DNA of 63,751 nucleotides, filler included, from Octopus bimaculoides (lineage: Eukaryota): NCBI RefSeq assembly GCF_001194135.2. It is 6 parts of 6 records of this genome, joined end to end, with 100 filler letters (N's around TTAATTAATTAA, not from the genome) between each part and the next. Parts side by side here need not be neighbours in the genome. Positions count along the whole stretch, not along the records: positions 21,271 to 50,505 come from NC_068998.1; 5 more parts are not named here. One strand, given 5' to 3'. The translations under genes were made by a program, and so were the position numbers. How positions within the stretch are numbered: the first letter of the stretch is position 1; each line of letters starts with the position of its first letter. Positions 27,880-39,523 of the stretch are shown here, piece after piece. The notes under the pieces were generated by a model. It was not told the origin of the DNA. It saw only the letters and a list, made by a program, of their open reading frames with translations, and searched no databases.

Positions 27880-28545
27880 ATCACGACGACGACAACGACG
27901 TCACATTTTGTATATGACTGTGTTTCTGTTTGTGAATGTATGTGAGTGAGTGTATGAGTATGTATATGTCTCAGAGTATGCATGTCTTTCCACGTTAGGT
28001 ACGTTAGTAAACATATTATATGTGTGTGGGGGCTGGTCAGTGTCAATACAAAATCTTATTTTCATTTCGCTTAAAACAATATAACATTTCATAGAGATGA
28101 TCTTTCTGTTGTCAACAGGACATTTTATACTACGACGACAACGACATCACATTTTGTATATGACAGTGTATCTGTCTGTGAGTGTATGTGTGTAAGTGTA
28201 TGAGTGTGTATATGTCTCATAGTGTGTGTGTGTGTGTTTCCGCGTTAGGTACGTTATTAAATATACATCTGCACATACATATACTTATGTAATGACTGAC
28301 ATGCGTGAATGTATGTCTCTGTGTGGCTATCTTAGTATGTGTATGTCGGGAACATTTTATACCACGACGACGACGATGACGTCATATTTTGTATGTGGAT
28401 GTATATCTGTCTGTGAGTGTATGAGTTTATATGTGTCTGTAAGTACGTGTGTTTCCGCGTTACGTACGTTATTAAACGTACACACACTTCTATACATACC
28501 TATACGTATGTGACGACTGACAAGCCTGAATGTATATATGTGAGT
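27880..28545 (+). repeat. Three diverged tandem copies of a ~230-245-bp complex unit
   Basis: ACGACGAC..GACGTCA(C/T)ATTTTGTAT..TTTCC(A/G)CGTTA(G/C)GTACGTTA recurs at about 27885, 28130 and 28365. Confidence 0.75.
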
Positions 28546-28629
28546 GCAAGAGGTGAAACTCTTTAAAAAAATGAGGTGGCAAGGTCCAAGGTATATATAA
28601 AAATACACATTTACTGTTCCATTACCACG

Positions 28630-30600
28630 TGTTGTGAACCGGTTCAACCTTTGCAGGCGTCCCCGTCATTTCAGCGTCTCCCCAGCCGAACTCTCGGCCC
28701 TTCGATGTCTTCGACGCCGCAAAGTTATCGTCATCAAACTGGCCAACAAGGGTGGAGCTGCATGGTGTGGCGCTCAGACCTTTACAAGGCTGAAGCTCTC
28801 AGTCAGCTTTAAGATACCACTTTCTCTTGCCCTCTGCGCTCCAACTCCACGCCTAACTACCAACAGACTGAGTCCTCCACTATTCATGACCTCATTTCTT
28901 CCACCCGTCTCCCTTCCACTGCCTCCAACTTCATTATCCGTATCCCAAGCACGCCCACTATTTACTTCCTTCCCAAAATTCATAAGCCAAACAACCCTGG
29001 TCACCCTATCGTTTCTGCCTGCAACTGCCTCACGGTAATGATCTCCAAATACCTCGACTGTGTCGTTGCCTCCCTAGTGGCTTCCCTCCCCTCACACATT
29101 CACGACATCAATCATGCTGTCCGTCTGTTTAACTCTTTCTCCTTCCCTTCTGACCCTTCTCAACTTTTGTTCACTCTTGACATTAAAAGTTTGTATACGG
29201 TGATCCCACACAACGAAGGACTTCTTGCGCTTAAACACCGCCTTGACCTTCGGCCTGACCTTCGGCCTGACCTTCGGCCTGACCTTCGGCCTGACCTTCG
29301 GCCTGACCTTCGGCCTGACCTTCGGCCTGACACGTCCACACGTCTTCGTTTGGCCGAACTTGTCTTCTACTTCAACTGCTTATTCTCGAGTGAGTTTTAC
29401 CGACTTTCTCGGGAGTGGCCACGGGAACGAGAACGGGCCCCAACTATGCGAACCTGTTCGTTGGCTACGTTGAGGCCCAAATATTCTCACAATTCACTGG
29501 TCCTACTCCCGAACTACACGGTCGTTATATCGATGACTGTATCGGCGCGCCCTCACTCTCCCGTGAACAACTTGATTCCTTCCTCACCTTTGTTCAATCC
29601 TTCCATTCTACCCTCGAATTCTCCTGCACTATCTCTAACTCTTCCGTCGAATTTCTCGACATTTCTGTCAGCATACACCACTCTACTCTCACTATCTCCA
29701 TCCACTTCAAACACACTGGCTCATACTCCTGCCTTAACTTCTCTTCCTCCAACCCTACCCACACCAAGCTCTCCATTCTCTACTCTTAATTCCTCCATGT
29801 ACGCAGGTTCTACAGTGACGACCATGACTTTGAGACTCACTCTCAACTCATAGCTCGCCACTTCATTCTACGTGGATATTCCCTCATCATTATCCACACA
29901 CACTGCCTTTGCTCGGGAACGATCTGTGGACCGTGTCTCTGCTCTTTCTTCAAACACTTGCCCACCCTTACCCGTCCCCCCATTTCTCCTCACCTACCAC
30001 TCTACCTTACTCCTCCAATGCACCATTCTCCGAGCCTTCCGGCGACTCCAGTCCGACCCCTCTACCTCGCACATCTTCTCTTACCTACCCCTTCCCTCCT
30101 TCAAACGAGCCCATAACCTACGTGACCTCCCTACCCCTGCCTCAAAGCCTGGTTCCTTCCCCTGTTCCCACCCACGCTGGCGTACCTGCCCCTACCTCTC
30201 CAATACCACTATCCTCACTGGCACCCATCACCGTCCCTATCACATCACCGGCTTCTTTACTTTCACCTCTAGTAATGTTATTTACTGCGTCCCCTGCTCT
30301 CTCTGTCCCTCCCTATACATCAGACTCAGCAATGACACCCCGGTCTCGGGCCACTTCCGCTCTGCTGGTCATTTGCTACAACATCTGTGTGTGTTCGGAC
30401 AGTCTCTGCACAGGAACCGTGAACAGGAATTAATCTTCTTTCTTCACTCTTTTGCGCCACATGGGCTCAACTCACTTCTTCTCTTTATCTGACACCAACC
30501 CCATACGAATTCCCACACACTTCCCACATTCAACTGCCCCTTTCACCTACACACCTTCATACCACCTACATCAGTACTCTCACCACCACACACATCACTA
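28630..30600 (+). mobile_element. Penelope-like retroelement (RT plus GIY-YIG), 5'-truncated and frameshifted
   Basis: [102 protein letters not shown]; stop at 30492. Confidence 0.92.
29245..29331 (+). repeat. Perfect 12-bp minisatellite (GACCTTCGGCCT) x7 inside the PLE RT
   Basis: Counted directly; encodes (DLRP)7 in frame. Confidence 0.95.
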
Positions 30601-31830
30601 TAGAAACTTTGCCAGCGTGCAAAAAGGTAGTCTCGACAATGCTTGGGAATGAAGCAGCAAAAGAAATAGGCAAGATTCAACTGTCCAACGATACAGTTCA
30701 CAGGTGCATTTTAGGAATGTCTTCTGACATCGAGAAAAATGTATGTAGTAATAAATTTAAGTATTCCCTTTTTGCATTGCAAGTTGATGAGTCAACAGAC
30801 ATTACCAACAAGGCGCAACTCTTAGCATTCATTCGGTTTATCGATGAAGATCACATAGTAAATCAGTTTCTTTTTTGCAAAGAATGAAGTGTCACTACAA
30901 AAGTAGAGAACGTTTTCAACATTCTGAATACATACTTTGATAGATGGCAGTTATCATGGAAATCATGTGTGGGTATTTGTACAGATGAAGCCCCTTCCAT
31001 GGTAGGCTGTGTTAAGGGTCTCACAGCTTTTGTAAAAAAGAAAACAAAATGAGAATGTTATCGTTACTCACTGATTTCTTCATAGAGAGGCCTTGATGGC
31101 TAAAACATTAAGAGAGGAACTAAAAGAGGTTTAAGATAAAGTTGTTCAGATGGTAAACTTTATTGAAACAAGACCTGTCAAATCTTGTATATTCGAAGAG
31201 TCTTGTACCGATATGAATTCTCAACACAAACGGTTGCTTTTACACACCGAAGTAAGGTGGCTGTCAAGAGGAAAAATACTTACTCATGTACACGCGATAC
31301 GACAGGAACTTCTTGTGTTCTTTGAAGAAATGAAACAATCTAATTTTCGTGACCTTCTTCGTTCCGAATTTTGGATTACCAGGTTAGAGTTTTTGGTCGA
31401 TATATTTCAGCAGCTCAAATGTTTGTGTTTTCCATCACTGAAAACTGAACAATATAACTGGATCAGAAACCCATTCGTGGAAACTTCCAGTGATTTCGAA
31501 TTAACATTGATAGAAGAAGAGGAACTCACTGCTATATCTACTGACCGTGGATTAATGATGAAATACAAGGAATTGTCACTTGAAGCTTTGGGGATTTCTG
31601 TAAAAGATGAATATGTTTCGCTTTCTAAAAAAGCTCTCACAATTTTGCTGCAATTTTCAACTTTATATCTATGTGAATTGGGCTTTCCACTCTTTCTACT
31701 ATCAAGTACAAAGAGCGAGGAACACTTACATGCATTGATAAAGAAATGCGAGTTTGTCTTTCAAACATACACCCAAACATTAAAAAATTGCCAAGACACA
31801 TCGAGCTAACGTTTGCCATGAACTCAAGAA
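30600..31830 (+). mobile_element. hAT (Charlie/Buster-like) transposase pseudogene
   Basis: IQLSNDTV, FALQVDESTDI, ICTDEAPSM, H*FLHREAL, LLLHTEVRWLSRG, YLCELGF; stops and an internal deletion. Confidence 0.9.
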
Positions 31831-32404
31831 TGAAAAATCTTAAAGTATATGTTATTTTCTGTTACATAGCTTAGAAATTTGTATATGGTGTACCCACAAT
31901 TATTTGTAAGGGTTCAANNNNNNNNNNNNNNNNNNNNNNNNNNNNNNNNNNNNNNNNNNNNNNNNNNNNNNNNNNNNNNNNNNNNNNNNNNNNNNNNNNN
32001 NNNNNNNNNNNNNNNNNNNNNNNNNNNNNNNNNNNNNNNNNNNNNNNNNNNNNNNNNNNNNNNNNNNNNNNNNNNNNNNNNNNNNNNNNNNNNNNNNNNN
32101 NNNNNNNNNNNNNNNNNNNNNNNNNNNNNNNNNNNNNNNNNNNNNNNNNNNNNNNNNNNNNNNNNNNNNNNNNNNNNNNNNNNNNNNNNNNNNNNNNNNN
32201 NNNNNNNNNNNNNNNNNNNNNNNNNNNNNNNNNNNNNNNNNNNNNNNNNNNNNNNNNNNNNNNNNNNNNNNNNNNNNNNNNNNNNNNNNNNNNNNNNNNN
32301 NNNNNNNNNNNNNNNNNNNNNNNNNNNNNNNNNNNNNNNNNNNNNNNNNNNNNNNNNNNNNNNNNNNNNNNNNNNNNNNNNNNNNNNNNNNNNNNNNNNN
32401 NNNN

Positions 32405-32615
32405 TATGTATGTATGTATGTATGTATTTGTTTCTATCTGTGTTTGTTCCACACCACAGCTTGAAACCGGTGTTGGTGTGTTTATGTCCCCGTAACTTAA
32501 CGGTTCGGCAAAAGAGACCGTCAGAATAACTACCAAGTTTTTACAAAAAGAAGTACTAAATTCAAGGTGGTGCCCCAGCGTGGCCGCAGTCAAATGCCTG
32601 AAACAAGTAAAAGAG
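32405..32615 (+). mobile_element. SINE family A, 3' half
   Basis: CCGGTGTTGGTGTGTTTATGTCCCCGTAACTTAACGGTTCGGCAAAAGAGACCG..CTGAAACAAGTAAAAGAG. Confidence 0.8.
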
Positions 32616-33084
32616 GCCCATTGTATTTTTGCTTATGGATTGAAAGACCATTTTCATGTTAGTAGAAATAACAGTCTTCCTGCTGCGACCGACCCTTCGG
32701 ATTTAAAAAGAAGAACAAAAATTAAAACAAAACAAAACGTAAAACAAAAAAGACACAGGAAACAATTTTCAATTCAAATAGCGACGGTACAATTTACAAT
32801 GAATAAATAACAATACAATTTATGACGAAACAATATCTATTGTTGCAATTAAAAATTTTCTTTTCTAATTTTGGGTCAAGGTAAACAATTTTTCATGAAG
32901 TGAGTCATAGTAACATCAATCACAGTACTTGACTGTTGCTTTAATTTAGCCACCTCGAAAGGATGAAAAGCAAAGCGTGATTTTAACTCATAACGTAAGG
33001 AGCAGGAAGAAATGCCACGACGCAGTTTGTGCGACTTGCTAACGATTCTCTCAGCTTGCCGTCTTAGTTACAATCTTTTATTTA

Positions 33085-33298
33085 TTAACTTTTACATGTT
33101 TCAGTCATTAGACTGTGGCCATGCTGGGGGTACCGCCTGAAAGAGTTTTCGGTCGAATGTGTCAAACCCAGGATTTATTTTTTTTTTTGTTAAACTTATT
33201 GGTCTCTTTTGCCGAACCGCCAGATTACAGGTACGTAAACACACCACCATTGGTTGTCAAGTGGTGGTCACACACACACGCACACACACACGCGCACG

Positions 33299-33360
<62 letters not shown>

Positions 33361-33530
33361 NNNNNNNNNNNNNNNNNNNNNNNNNNNNNNNNNNNNNNNN
33401 NNNNNNNNNNNNNNNNNNNNNNNNNNNNNNNNNNNNNNNNCACAAGACTTTGGTCGGCCTGGGGCTACGGAAGACACTTGTCCAAAATGCCACGCAATGC
33501 GACTGAATCCGGAACCAGCCATGCCTGCAC
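33085..33530 (-). mobile_element. SINE family A with a gap in its internal microsatellite
   Basis: Tail (TTTCAGTCATT..GGCCATGCTGG) at the left, head fragment (GACACTTGTCCAA..GAATCCGGAACC) at the right. Confidence 0.8.
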
Positions 33531-34237
33531 CTATTTAATGGTATGGAGAAAAAAAAAGAACACGAAGAAAGTTTATAATGAAAGTGTTCTCAAGTGCAAT
33601 CACTGGAAAATTCAACATTGCATGTTCTTCTGAATGCATGATGCTGGTCGGGGGGAGATTTTCCCTGACGGTTTTATTTTTTCTTGATGTTTCTGCACAG
33701 ATGTAGTCCTCTCAGCTAACTTAATGCATAGTTGCATCTCACTTGTGTCCGTTGTCTATTTTTGTCGATGCCTTTGCTCCGTTGCCTGTTGTTTGCTATT
33801 CTTTCATAAGCCGTCTTTTGCTTTATTTAGGTCTGAGGAATTTTCAGTCAACAATTTTGAATTCGTTAGTAATTTTTGTTGACACCTAGCAAAGTATTTG
33901 ATGTGTAATTGTTGGGCGTCATTGGTTAGATTTTTGATAACGTCATCACTCAGTCTGAAAGATCCTGTTTCGTTCTTTACAAAATTTAAGTGAAAAAAGA
34001 ATCCAGGTTCAAATTAAGGCAGGGAATGTTACAGCAATTTCTCTGCAGTTTAAAAATATTAATGATCCCAGATTGGGTCAAACTACTCACGTGGCAAAAC
34101 AGAGAGACTATAATGTTAATTTTTGAATGAGATTGCATGAATCACATTAACCGGAGCGTTCACCACCTTTTAAGACAGTGAGGATGCAATGAAAGAGATT
34201 TCGTAGCTATTTATAGAGAATAAATGACCCTGTAGAG

Positions 34238-34483
34238 CAGTGGTTGTCTCTCGTTGTTCCATATGGTCCTTGAGGGTGGAGATATAAGATTTTGTTGCAA
34301 TAAACTGGTTATATTTCTACAATACACAAAATATTTTAACAATTTTTTAATACAATTCCTAATAATATTTAATCATAAAAATATAATACGAGCTTTTAGA
34401 CATCGAATGACTATAAGGGTTCCACCCGCTGTGAAAATTGGAATCAAAGGGTTCCATAAGAAAAACATAGTTAAGAACTATTG
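34238..34483. mobile_element. hAT-type MITE, degenerate
   Basis: Left CAGTGGTT.. after CTGTAGAG; right ..GTTAAGAACTATTG with TGTAGAA nearby. TIR and TSD are imperfect. Confidence 0.4.
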
Positions 34484-34719
34484 TAGAAACTCGCTGCCCC
34501 TTTGGCTAGGAATTAATACCAGTGGGGAATAAATAAGGAGTAGTGTAGAGGTTAGGCTTACAAGGAACAACGCATTATTAATAGACCATACAGGTTTTTG
34601 ACTTCGTTAAGTGTGTGTGTGTATGTGTGTGTGATATAAATGATATTTCTCTCTCACTGCATGGAGTAGCTGTTTTGTTGATCCCACCTTAACGGAACAG
34701 TAATATATATATATACAAG

Positions 34720-34890
34720 GTGAAATAGCCGTATCGTTAACACGTCTTCCGGTCCTTAATCTGAGTTCAAGTATTTTTTGATGTCAACATTGCCTTTCAT
34801 CTCCTTGGGGCTTATAAAATAATGTGTCTATATAGTACTTGACTGGATGTAATCGACTTGATTCCTCCTCTCAAAATTGCCGGTCTGGGG
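34720..34890 (+). mobile_element. SINE family B, degenerate
   Basis: CTGAGTTCAAG..GTCAACATTGCCTTTCATCTCCTTGGGG..GATGTAATCGACT. Confidence 0.55.
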
Positions 34891-35273
34891 AATGTTGTGA
34901 CGCCATGAAAACCGAGTGACCGGCATTATAAATCCTTGACCCCAAGGAAAATAACACACACATACACACACACACACACAATGTTATGTACATATATATA
35001 TACACACATACATATATATATACACACATACATATATATATATGTACATACACACATACATAAGTGTATTGTGAGTGTGTGTGTGTGTGCGCGCGCGCGC
35101 GCGCGCGCGCGCGTGTGTTATATACACGTCCATGTATTTACTTTGCAAGACCTCTGATGTGAAATTATGTGTAAAAACTTATATTATTATATTTGGGGAT
35201 GGTCATTTTTACTTTTTTTTGACAAATAATCCCACGGACTATATACACGTTCTTCACTTCAGCTTTTTTATTA

Positions 35274-35332
<59 letters not shown>

Positions 35333-36504
35333 TTAGTGTCCTTTATCTGAAATCTTTTGTCACACATCCTGTGACCTCTTCAGCAACACTCCATCCCATA
35401 TGTCTCCGCCTGTCCTGCTTTGTCCATTCTATAGTCAGGAAGAGAGACGTGGGATGGTGAGTCACTAAAGAGGTCACATCTGCTCAAATAATCTCAGTTC
35501 AAGATAATTGCTATATATATATATATATAATTTTTATACATCAATGAATTTTCAATTATAATCGCAGTTCCTGGAATATTAAAATCTTTCAAATGCCGAT
35601 ATGAGTAATTTTTAAATATTATTTGCAATTATTATTTTTGATTCATTTTCATTGGCCATTTTGAGTACATATTAGTGCGCTAAGATTTGAAGAAATCTTA
35701 AATCATGGTTTTAAATTCTTCAAATTCTGATCAAAGTTCAGCAAGATTTATAATATTGATTCTTGAAGCTCAGTTCAGGTTGAAGTATAAAGGTCATTGA
35801 ATGAATAGGAAGTGCTGATATATTTTTATACAAGTCTTGACGTAATATCCTGTTTAACTTTTGATTCTATTTGTAGAGCATTGCTTCCGCTTTGATCGAA
35901 ATACACTTCATTGTCGACAAAGATACAAGGAAATATCCTACAAAACACAGTAACTGGTATTGTGGAGTCTAGAATATACAGATAAGTCAGCTGATCTTAA
36001 ATTATTGTCCAAATTAGACTAATATTTATGTATTAGTAATGGTTGTATGCTTAACATGTTTTGCTTCGTAACCAAGTGGATCCAGATTAGATTCTGAATC
36101 CGCTCGTTTGACCTTTACTTTAGACAAGTATCTGCTATTAAACTAATGCCAGTTTGACCAATACCTTGTATAAGGAATTTGGTAGACAGAAACTGTGCAA
36201 AAGCTAGTTTTGTTTGTATATGTATGTGCACGAATGTGTAAGTACGTGCGCGGGCGTGGTTAGGTTGTACTCCATTGTGTCAAACGGTATGGTAGTGGTT
36301 CGGCAAATAGATATCAATAAATTATCGACCTAACTGAAATAAAGACAGCGGTCAATATGATCGACTGAAAAACTTTTGAAGGCTGTGCTATAGTATGATC
36401 GAAATCTCACAATTATTACTAGAAAAAGAATAAAATCAACTGTAACTAAATGAAACTGCATTGAAATTGTCAGGAGAGGTAACTGGAAAGATGAAGAAAA
36501 AATA

Positions 36505-36735
36505 CAGTAATCACTCACCATATCGCAGTTCACCTATCGCGGATCACCTATCGCGGTTCAACTATCGTGGTTCATTATTTAAGCTTACGTCGATTCCTCT
36601 ATGTGTTGTTTTGCATTTATAATAAATATATACAAATTATAAATATGATAAAAAATATACAGTACAGTACTGTTTCAACTTTGGATTTTCACTGATGGCA
36701 AGAGTTTTTGAATGTAACACCCGCGATAGTCAAAT
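36505..36735. mobile_element. Tigger/pogo-type MITE fragment
   Basis: TA|CAGTAATCACTCACCATATCGC left end, three ~14-bp TCACCTATCGCGG subterminal repeats, partial right end CCCGCGATAGTC. Confidence 0.55.
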
Positions 36736-36754
36736 GAGGTAGTAAAAAACAAGC

Positions 36755-37490
36755 TGATGTCTCGTTTTGGAGTACCCACCACCTTATTATCAGACAAAGA
36801 ACCTGAATTTGTTATACTAAAAAGAGCATTACTGTCAATGGGCTGTAGAAAGATAGAGGCACTCTCTTATATTGTGTTTAATAGTTCCGTTGAAAGGGCT
36901 GTAAAATCTGCACTCAGACATTTTGATCAAAGTGCATGGAATTTCGTCAACAACATGAATAAAATCTTATGTAATCCTCGAAGTGCCTCAGGTGGCTCTA
37001 AGTTATAACCTGTTGAATAGCTGATGAACAGACAATTAAGAATTGCTGTAAACCCATTCTTTGAAACATGCAAGGATATAATGCACACGACCACGTTGGA
37101 TAAAGTTGCATTTAAAGCAAAATATGTATTACATGCTGGAAAAAAATATCATATGGATTCAAATGGAGGGTCATCCTTTACGGTTAGTAGCGGTTGAGCA
37201 ATTGGTACAACTTAATATTCGGGAACCTGAATCGATTAACATAAGTGACATGCCTAGTGCAATTTTTCGAACTGATTATGCAAAGACGCCTAATGGTGAA
37301 GATGTGGGTCTTCAACAAATGGTCATATCAAGTTCTAAAATTAAACACAAGAGCAGAATTGTAGGAAGACCAGAATGTCCTATGGCTGACACTGTTAGTC
37401 ATCGAAATCCAGTTATAACAAATCCACAATTTAGGCGAGGTACTTGAATCGCAAGAGGATGTAAAAACCCCGAAACGTTTTGAGGCGGAA
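36755..37490 (+). mobile_element. LTR retrotransposon (Gypsy-like) integrase remnant
   Basis: SRFGVPTTLLSDKEPEFV..MGCRKIE..NSSVERAVK..LMNRQLR follows the rve core pattern FGVP..SDNG.QF..NG.AER.V. Confidence 0.7.
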
Positions 37491-37552
37491 TAATCCATTG
37501 GGATTTCCTCGCGTGTAACTTGAGTGTTTCATAGTCATTACATAACATTAAT

Positions 37553-37652
37553 GTGGAGGTGCAATGGACCAGTGGTTAGAGCAGCGGACTCGCGGTCGTA
37601 GGATCGCGGTTTCGATTCCCAGTCCGGGCGTTGTGAGTGTTTATTGAGCGAA
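37553..37652 (+). mobile_element. SINE family C tRNA-like head
   Basis: GGAGGTGCAATGGACCAGTGGTTAGAGCAGCGGACTCGCGGTCGTAGGATCGCGGTTTCGATTCCC; no tRNA acceptor stem; three copies in the window. Confidence 0.8.
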
Positions 37653-37834
37653 CTGAAACAAGTAAAACATGACTGAAACAAGTAAAACAATAAAAGAATT
37701 ATGCCATTTTAATCCCAAGCAAGGCCTGGTATCGCTGCTAGTATATATAAATATATGTATATAAAACTCGGTATGTGTGTGTGTGTGCGAGTGTGTGTGC
37801 GTGTGTGTAAACCCGCATAACTTCTGAAGTTCAC

Positions 37835-38400
37835 AACTGATTTTCTTCAACTGAGACTATGGATATTATCTAACCATTCCCGTCCTTGGTCTCCCTCTAG
37901 GTCACCTGTGGATTGGCGCGGCTCGGTTTGGAGAAAACGTCTTGCGATTCTCTCCCGCGGCATTCTAATCACATGTCTGTAGTACTGAAGCTGTGATCTC
38001 TCAGTGCAGAGAAATACTGACTTGACCTGGAAAGACTCCCTGATCACCGAGCTACGCACCCTATCAAGCAACATTACTCCAGAGACTCTTACGAGGATTC
38101 CAATTTAAGCTGCTCGTATTTGTGATCGTAATTTTTCGGTCAGTATCCAACATTCATGACCACAGGTAAGGATAAGCATGAAAACCGAATTGAAGATAAC
38201 AAGTTCGACTTTTTTTTTTACCAACCTCTCTGCTTCCAAGGATCGAATGTTGGAACTGGCACATTATTATGCCATCATCTGCAATTGTAGCACCAAATTC
38301 AGTCTTTTGCTTCCAATTATTCATGAATACGACGCCAAAATACTTAACCTTCCCCACTTGTCTCAGTGGTGTTTCACTAAAATGCAGACAGTACTGGGAA
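37835..38400 (-). mobile_element. RTE LINE fragment (Rex3/Expander-like C-terminal region)
   Basis: KVKYFGVVFMNNWKQKTEF.., LLDRVRSSVIRESFQVKSVFLCTERSQLQYYRHVIRMPRER. Confidence 0.8.
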
Positions 38401-38404
38401 GACT

Positions 38405-39523
38405 GTCTTCAGAGGATTAATGTCACAGGGCCAGCACATAGAGATCTAGAGGTTGAACTCTAACAGTGGATTGTTGATCAGCGTGCAAACAATATAATTG
38501 TAAATTATCGCCGTTTACGGGAATATGCTTTTGAATTGGTAAAAAGGTTTGGAATTGACATAAACAGCTTTAGATGTTCTGATAAATGGATTTTCAATTT
38601 CATGAAACAGAATAAACTGACTGCGAGAAAGATTACACATGTTGGTCAAGCAGACAATAAAACACTTGGAGAAAAGGCACAAATCGCCAGTGACTCTCTA
38701 GATATCATTCCAGTATTAACAGCAGATAAGGATGCTGACTAGATTCATAATATGGATGAAACACCTGTATACGTTGACATGCTGAGTTCAACAACCATAG
38801 ACTTTGTTGGCAATAAAAATGTAGATGCTACCCACTGTGCTGCTACCATAGCTCGTTTTATTGCTGTGTTGTGTATTAATGCTGCGGGAAAGGTGTTGAA
38901 AACAATGTTTATCCTTAAAGGATTGAGAAACGTGCCTAAAATCAAGGTCCCAAAGAATATTTACTTAACAGTCTCCAACAAGGGATCAATCACATATGAA
39001 CTCATGCAGCTGTGGGCTGACAAAATGTTTGGGCAGAGAACAGCACAAGTATTCCATGCTCAAAATTCAGTGCTATTCATGGATAAATGCTCAGTGCTCA
39101 GAGCTCCTAGAAGTGTTCAAATGTTGGAATACAATTCTCAAACTTATACCTCCTCAAACAACATCTTACTTGCAGCCGTTAGATGTATCAATTATTGGTT
39201 CTTTCAAGAAAGCCCTTCGTGCTGAATGGGAGAGATGGTTTTCAAATGGCAAAAAGGAGTATACAAATAAAGGATATCGCAAAAAACCTTCTTATCAAGA
39301 GATAGTGAACTTTGTGACCCAAGCTGTTGCCACTTTAAATAAAGAAACTATAAAGCGTGCTTTTGAAGGTTGTGGACAGACTGTAGAACAGACTGTAGAA
39401 CATAGCCTCTTAAACTCACGCTTACAGGATGTTTTGTCTGGCCTTGAGGTAAATGCGCCAAATGTACATAATGACAAAACTGAAGAAGAAGATGAGATAC
39501 AAGTGAAATTAGCTCTGATGTGA
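38405..39523 (+). mobile_element. pogo/Tigger-like transposase pseudogene (CENP-B HTH plus DDE_1)
   Basis: FRCSDKWIFNFMKQNKLTARKITH, HNMDETPVY, LFMDKCSV, LIPPQTTSYLQPLDVSI, IKRAFEGCG; stops and one frameshift. Possible right TIR near 39880-39905. Confidence 0.9.

Noticed and set aside
29245-29331. CRISPR-like direct repeats (also 49375-49474)
   Set aside because: No spacers, contiguous tandem units, eukaryotic context and no cas genes.
33790-33975. 56-codon minus-strand open frame after a plausible acceptor (NETGSFRLSDDVIKNL...)
   Set aside because: No recognisable domain, ends in a stop, no partner exons; not supportable without RNA data.
37553-37652. tRNA gene (also 43245-43338 and 8295-8367)
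   Set aside because: A/B boxes are present but there is no pairing acceptor stem, and the same non-tRNA downstream sequence follows each copy, so these are SINE heads.
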